Sequence record: EU719189.1
DNA from: Clostridioides phage phiCD27
DNA length: 50,930 bases
Reading direction: 5' to 3' (one strand)
Under the pieces are notes generated by a model, which worked only from the letters and a program-made list of their open reading frames with translations, was not told the origin of the DNA and made no database searches. How positions within the stretch are numbered: the stretch's first letter is position 1; each line of letters opens with the position of its first letter. The translations under genes and the position numbers were made by a program. Positions 46,726 through 50,930 of the stretch are shown here, in pieces.

Positions 46726-46877
46726 GACAGGAATAGATTTTTCTCCTTTAAAGGGGAAAACCTGCAATAGTTAGTTAAAAGAAAAAAGGAGTGCTTTCAC
46801 ACTCCACTTGTCAAAAATATAAAACTTTTATATACAAATATTATTATAACATAAAAAATTGATAGGAGTGTGGAAGT

Positions 46878-47360
46878 ATGAATAAAAAGACACTATTTCA
46901 AGAGGTTGAAGGTAGATTATATAACTATAAAAAACTAGAAAGTCAAATAAGAATAAAAGATATATATATTAAAAAATTAGAGAATGAATTTTGCGGATGC
47001 AAGGCTCAAAGTTATGAAGAAAAAACAGGAACTACCTATAATATAAGTTCAAGTGTTGAAAATGAAGTTATTAAAAGAGAAGAAGATTTAAATAGATTAA
47101 AAGAAGATAAGAAAACATTAGAAATTGAAAAAGAAACTATAGAATGTGCATTAACAAGTTTGAACAGCTTTGAAACAGAGTTCTTCAATGAAATGTATAT
47201 GAATAATGAAAAGATAAATATGGATTATATGTCTAATGCTATGCACATAGATAGAAGTCATTGCTTTAGAATAAGAAAAAGGATAGTTTGTAAGATTATG
47301 GATATGTTATATCCAAAGATAAAGGAGTTTGAATTACCCATTTTTTCATGGAAAGCTTAA
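46878..47360 (+). CDS. ArpU/RinA-family late transcriptional regulator (sigma-70 region-4-like)
   Basis: 160 aa. The position, last regulatory gene before the packaging module on the circular map, and the length fit ArpU-family activators of C. difficile phages. Confidence 0.55.
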   Translation: MNKKTLFQEVEGRLYNYKKLESQIRIKDIYIKKLENEFCGCKAQSYEEKTGTTYNISSSVENEVIKREEDLNRLKEDKKTLEIEKETIECALTSLNSFETEFFNEMYMNNEKINMDYMSNAMHIDRSHCFRIRKRIVCKIMDMLYPKIKEFELPIFSWKA

Positions 47361-47364
47361 AAAT

Positions 47365-47403
47365 GAGACTATTTTGAGACTTTTTGGAGACTATCTTGAG
47401 ACT
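47365..47403. repeat. four GAGACT hexamers phased at exactly 11 bp
   Basis: GAGACT at 47365, 47376, 47387 and 47398, plus a degenerate GAGATA at 47422. Confidence 0.6.
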
Positions 47404-47609
47404 TTTTATTGGTAAAAACATGAGATAATAATATTGTGGAAATGAAGATTTCCCTCTCAAAATTAAATATATATTAGGCTAGAGTTAAGGGATTGTCTTT
47501 GCTCTAGCCAAAGTGAATAATTTTTATAATTAAGGACATCATATAAAAAGTTGAAAAATTTTCAAATGACGCTTTAAATATAAAAAATAAATATATTTGT
47601 CTTTTGATA

Positions 47610-47638
47610 TTGACACTTTTACATAAAACGCCTACAAT
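47610..47638 (+). promoter_or_regulatory. sigma-A-like promoter for the 251-aa / XRE-peptidase unit
   Basis: TTGACA at 47610-47615, 17-nt spacer, TACAAT at 47633-47638. RBS AGGAGGTG lies 8 nt before the GTG at 47674. Confidence 0.55.
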
Positions 47639-47673
47639 AAATATATAAAAATATATAGGAGGTGTATGCCTGA

Positions 47674-48429
47674 GTGTCAAATAAAATAAAATTAGAAGTT
47701 CCCAATGAAATAGGTTATATCATTGTTCAATGCTTTAATAAGGCAAAAGAAGAAATTAGAGAATATATAGGAAAACAAAACCTTATAACTAAAAATGGAG
47801 TGCCTTTTCAGTTTTGGGATTTGTTAAATGATGCAATTGATACTGCATTTAATAGTTCTAATTTTAAAGCGTATAAATCTAAACGTGGACGTTGGAGAAT
47901 GATTTTTATATATGATAAAAATAGCAAGTATCTTTATGTATTAATGAAAGAGCAAAGATATAAAGAACTTCATAATAATGTCAATAAAAGAGAAAAAATG
48001 CATTATGTAGATATTTTAACTAAAGTATTTAATGGAGATTTAAAAGCTCCTATTGAACAACTATCATTTTTTTCATTAGAATTTGATAATGAAGATAAAA
48101 TTGAAATATATTTACAGAAATTAATTGATAGTATAAATAAAGATGGTGCTATCATTGAACACCATGTATTATTGTTATTTAATCAAACAGCTGAATATGA
48201 ATTGACATCTATTCGTGCTGTGATGGTTGACACAAATTTAAATATTGTATCAGAACAAAATTTGAGTTCTTATATATCTATAGAAGAAAGTACAGTTGTA
48301 GAAAAAGTTGATAAGACTAATCCTGTTGCAAATAATCCTACTCTTGGATTGAAGTTAACTGCAAAAGCAGATGCAAGAAAGAAAACACATCCTTTAAAAA
48401 AGGCGAAAAAGGAGGAAGATGCCAAGTAG
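47674..48429 (+). CDS. hypothetical protein (possible RelE/ParE-like N-terminal fold), candidate toxin partner
   Basis: 251 aa, GTG start. The segment GRWRMIFIYDKNSKYLYVLMKEQRYKE resembles the conserved RelE/ParE-superfamily strand pattern. A 140-aa C-terminal domain of unknown function follows. Confidence 0.35.
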   Translation: MSNKIKLEVPNEIGYIIVQCFNKAKEEIREYIGKQNLITKNGVPFQFWDLLNDAIDTAFNSSNFKAYKSKRGRWRMIFIYDKNSKYLYVLMKEQRYKELHNNVNKREKMHYVDILTKVFNGDLKAPIEQLSFFSLEFDNEDKIEIYLQKLIDSINKDGAIIEHHVLLLFNQTAEYELTSIRAVMVDTNLNIVSEQNLSSYISIEESTVVEKVDKTNPVANNPTLGLKLTAKADARKKTHPLKKAKKEEDAK

Positions 48430-48447
48430 TCACTTTTTAGTGAATAG

Positions 48448-49611
48448 ATGGAGGAAATAATTATGGAAATTAATTTTAATGGAGAGCGTTTAAAGAAAGC
48501 TCGTATATATAGAGGAATGACAGTAGCTGAATTAGCTGAGAGAATTGACTGTCAAAGACAGACTGTTTCGATGTATGAGAATAATAAATCGAAACCAAAT
48601 GATAATAATGTAGTGAAACGAATAGCAAAAGAGTTAGGTTTCCCAGTTAAATTCTTTTTAGAAACAGGAAATAATATTGCAATAGGTTCAACATATTTCA
48701 GAGCATTATTGACTACAAATAAAAAATATAGAGCAGAGCAAATTCAAAAAATGGAATTTCTAGCAGAAATATATTTCTTCTTACAAGATTATATTGAATT
48801 CCCAACATTAAATTTACCAGATTGTTCTGGGAAAACACCAGAAGAAGCTGCTTTACTTTTAAGAGAAACTTGGGGATTAGGATTAAAACCTATTGATAAT
48901 ATCATATATGAAGTAGAACAACACGGAATACTTGTAACAAGTTTCTCGACTTCTACAGATGATATAGATGCATTCAGTCAGATGGTAGATATTTCGGGAG
49001 AGACATTTTATCTGATTGGATATTCTAGTAATAAGACTTCTGCCTCTAGAATTCATTTTGATATAGCTCATGAATTAGGGCATATATGCTTGCATGAGTG
49101 GAGCGAGGATGTAGAAGCTTTAGAAAAACAAGAATTTAAAGACAGAGAATCAGAAGCTAATAGATTTGCATCTGCATTCTTATTACCAGAAGAGACTTTT
49201 AAAATTGATGCTAAGAGAACTCCTTTACGTATTCCAAACTATACAGAATTGAAACGTAAATGGAAAGTTTCTATTCAAGCAATGATTCGTCGTTCATATT
49301 CTTTAGGAATCATCAGCATGGATGAATATCATTCTATGATTCGTACTTTACAACGTAGGGGACTAAGAAAATCAGAACCATTAGATGATGAATTATTAAC
49401 TTCTCTACCAGCATTGTTAAAAACAGCAGTTTTGATGTTATTAAATGAGAAGGTATTTACTCCAAAAGAGTTTATGGATGAACTTTCATTTTCCTATAAC
49501 TTTAGTCTAGAGCCAGAAGAAGTAGAATATCTATTAAGTTTACCTAAAAATACTCTAACTTCTGCTAAAGTTATACCATTTCCTGATTTACAACTTAAAA
49601 AAGATGTTTAA
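48448..49611 (+). CDS. XRE-HTH / ImmA-IrrE (COG2856) peptidase fusion protein
   Basis: 387 aa. N-terminal HTH_XRE (LKKARIYRGMTVAELAERIDCQRQTVSMYENNKSKP), central HEXXH peptidase motif (AHELGHICLHEW ... EANRFASAFLLPEE), and a C-terminal helical extension. Confidence 0.75.
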   Translation: MEEIIMEINFNGERLKKARIYRGMTVAELAERIDCQRQTVSMYENNKSKPNDNNVVKRIAKELGFPVKFFLETGNNIAIGSTYFRALLTTNKKYRAEQIQKMEFLAEIYFFLQDYIEFPTLNLPDCSGKTPEEAALLLRETWGLGLKPIDNIIYEVEQHGILVTSFSTSTDDIDAFSQMVDISGETFYLIGYSSNKTSASRIHFDIAHELGHICLHEWSEDVEALEKQEFKDRESEANRFASAFLLPEETFKIDAKRTPLRIPNYTELKRKWKVSIQAMIRRSYSLGIISMDEYHSMIRTLQRRGLRKSEPLDDELLTSLPALLKTAVLMLLNEKVFTPKEFMDELSFSYNFSLEPEEVEYLLSLPKNTLTSAKVIPFPDLQLKKDV

Positions 49612-49679
49612 ATCATATTTTAAATAGAGCGAGGACTTATGACCTCGCTTAAATTATATAGAATAGGGGGAAATATGAA

Positions 49680-49811
49680 ATGGGAATATTAGAAGGTGCA
49701 ACTAAAATAAGAGAGATAGCCAAAAAGATTGCTATAGAAAAAGGAATAACAGAGCAAGAGGCATGGAATGATGCTATTAAAGAGTACAAGGAAAAATATG
49801 AATTTAATTAA
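49680..49811 (+). CDS. small hypothetical protein (43 aa)
   Basis: MGILEGATKIREIAKKIAIEKGITEQEAWNDAIKEYKEKYEFN. RBS AGGGGGAA. Followed immediately by a strong terminator. Confidence 0.4.
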   Translation: MGILEGATKIREIAKKIAIEKGITEQEAWNDAIKEYKEKYEFN

Positions 49812-49837
49812 GACCAATGTATGGTCTTTTTTTTATT
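49811..49837 (+). terminator. intrinsic terminator
   Basis: AGACCA-atgta-TGGTCT hairpin followed by TTTTTTTT. Confidence 0.75.
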
Positions 49838-50010
49838 ACTATGAACAGACTAGGTAGGGCGTGAGGACGCTGTTAGTTCAATTCTAACTATGTTCAAATA
49901 TTAATCAACGTATACACTAAAAGTAGAGAAATTGAGGGCAAAATTTTATATTTTGTATCTTAATTCAGAGGTCTAAAAAACGAGTGGGGCTTGGTAACCT
50001 CACTCACCAT

Positions 50011-50055
50011 GCAAGTACTGGTTTAATCTAGGTTCGATTCCTGGAACTTGCTCCC
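50011..50055 (+). ncRNA. tRNA-like acceptor/T-arm minihelix (not a complete tRNA)
   Basis: Canonical T-arm CTAGG-TTCGATT-CCTGG (50028-50044) with the GGTTCGATTCC T-loop. A 7-nt 3' acceptor strand AACTTGC (50045-50051) pairs with GCAAGTA at 50011-50017. No D-arm or anticodon arm lies between them. Confidence 0.35.
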
Positions 50056-50243
50056 TTTAATAATATGTATCCCCCATTAAAAAGGCTTAGATTAACTTCT
50101 AGGTCTTTTTTAATACAAAAATTTATTAAAAATGCACGGCATGCACTATTCAGATATGCATGTCATGCATGTCTAAAGTCGAATATTTAATATTTTCGAT
50201 GGCTCAAATTGAGGGGTCGAAAATAAAAACAGGAGGTAGTAGT

Positions 50244-50921
50244 ATGTTGAAAATTTTACAAGAGAAAAATGTAAAAGTAATGTGGTCCAAAAATGGAGAA
50301 GAAGTTTGGTTTAATGCAAATGACGTAGGAGAGGAACTAGGCATAGTAAATATTCGTGATACATTAAGAAATATAGATAGAGAATATAAAAAGAAATTTA
50401 ATGAGTCTACTGTCGGAGATTCCTACACTAGAAACTTTAAAGATAAATTGCCTAACTTCGGTACTACTTTTGTTACAGAAGAAGCTGTGTACAATATGTC
50501 ATTTAGAAGTAATAAACCAGAAGCAAAGTTATTTACAAAATGGGTTACAAAAACACTTAAACAAATTAGAATACATGGTTATTATATTGCTACAGAAAAA
50601 GACCAGGAATGGCTGGATATAAGGACAGAAGGCAAAAAAGTAAGAAAAGATTTTACAGATGAAATACAAGAGTTTGTATATTATGCTACTAGTCAAGGTA
50701 GCAATAAACCTCAGATGTATTATAAACATTTTACTGAACTTGTAAGAAAAAAATTAGGTATTCCAAAAGGTGTGAAAAGAGATGAGTTAAATCAAAGCGA
50801 ACTATTTGATATACAAGCACTTGAAAGAATTATATCTATGAAATTACCTAAGTTAATAGATAAAGATATGAATTATAAAGAGGTATATAAAAAGATTAAG
50901 GAATTAATAGAAATGATTTAA
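50244..50921 (+). CDS. Bro-N domain antirepressor-like protein
   Basis: Start reassigned to ATG 50244 (MLKILQEKNVKVMWSKNGEEVWFNANDVGEELGIVNIRDTL, a Bro-N/AntA-like N-terminal domain) after RBS AGGAGGTAG. The ORF-track start at 50160 has no RBS. Confidence 0.65.
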   Translation: MLKILQEKNVKVMWSKNGEEVWFNANDVGEELGIVNIRDTLRNIDREYKKKFNESTVGDSYTRNFKDKLPNFGTTFVTEEAVYNMSFRSNKPEAKLFTKWVTKTLKQIRIHGYYIATEKDQEWLDIRTEGKKVRKDFTDEIQEFVYYATSQGSNKPQMYYKHFTELVRKKLGIPKGVKRDELNQSELFDIQALERIISMKLPKLIDKDMNYKEVYKKIKELIEMI

Positions 50922-50930
50922 GGGACTGTC

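Noticed and set aside
49975-50055. A complete tRNA gene around the GGTTCGATTCC T-loop.
   Set aside because: The only 5' strand complementary to the 3' acceptor strand lies 10 nt before the T-arm, leaving no room for D and anticodon arms. Placing an anticodon loop upstream puts A or C at position 33, where U is required. It is therefore reported only as a tRNA-like minihelix or relic.

Overview
This is a low-GC (about 29%) temperate myovirus genome of the Clostridioides difficile phiCD27/phiC2 type, and it appears essentially complete. The 270-aa amidase endolysin at 27379..28191 looks like CD27L from memory. The window length also equals my recollection of the phiCD27 genome size, but that has not been verified.

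Gene layout:
- Positions 54 to 28191 hold one plus-strand late operon: small and large terminase, portal, Mu-F-like head morphogenesis protein, scaffold, major capsid, connectors, PBSX-like contractile tail (sheath, tube, XkdN-like chaperone with a -1 frameshift, 1429-aa tape measure, LysM/XkdP to XkdU baseplate proteins, glycine-rich fibres, XkdX) and an XhlA-holin-amidase lysis cassette.
- 28.2 to 33.3 kb is an accessory (lysogenic conversion) region: a convergent 3-TM protein, a minus-strand two-gene operon (ImmA-like Zn peptidase plus a 528-aa Palm/GGDEF-like-Nudix-like fusion), a Zn-ribbon ORF, a type I toxin-like 47-aa membrane peptide with a strong promoter and RBS, and a 48-bp dyad immediately 3' of the integrase that is a good attP candidate.
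- 33.4 to 35.9 kb is a minus-strand lysogeny operon arranged like ICEBs1 (CI/ImmR-like repressor, ImmA-like peptidase, large serine recombinase) facing a Cro-like gene across an operator-rich divergent promoter region.
- 36.5 to 37.8 kb is a second switch resembling P22 immI (divergent RHH genes around a TTCACCAsTGGTGAA palindrome, then a Rha/KilAC antirepressor).
- Early genes follow (Gp157, ERF, DnaD-like replisome organiser with internal GC-rich iterons, SSB, a C-terminally truncated C5 cytosine methyltransferase, RusA, ORF6N protein, ArpU late regulator).
- Between ArpU and terS lies an autonomous accessory unit with its own promoter and terminator (251-aa protein plus XRE-HTH/COG2856 peptidase fusion), a tRNA-like T-arm/acceptor minihelix, and a Bro-N gene.

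Most novel candidates: the ImmA-Palm-Nudix operon with the adjacent 3-TM protein, the ArpU-proximal 251-aa plus XRE-peptidase module, and a self-transcribed membrane-anchored K/E-rich protein inserted inside the tail gene block.
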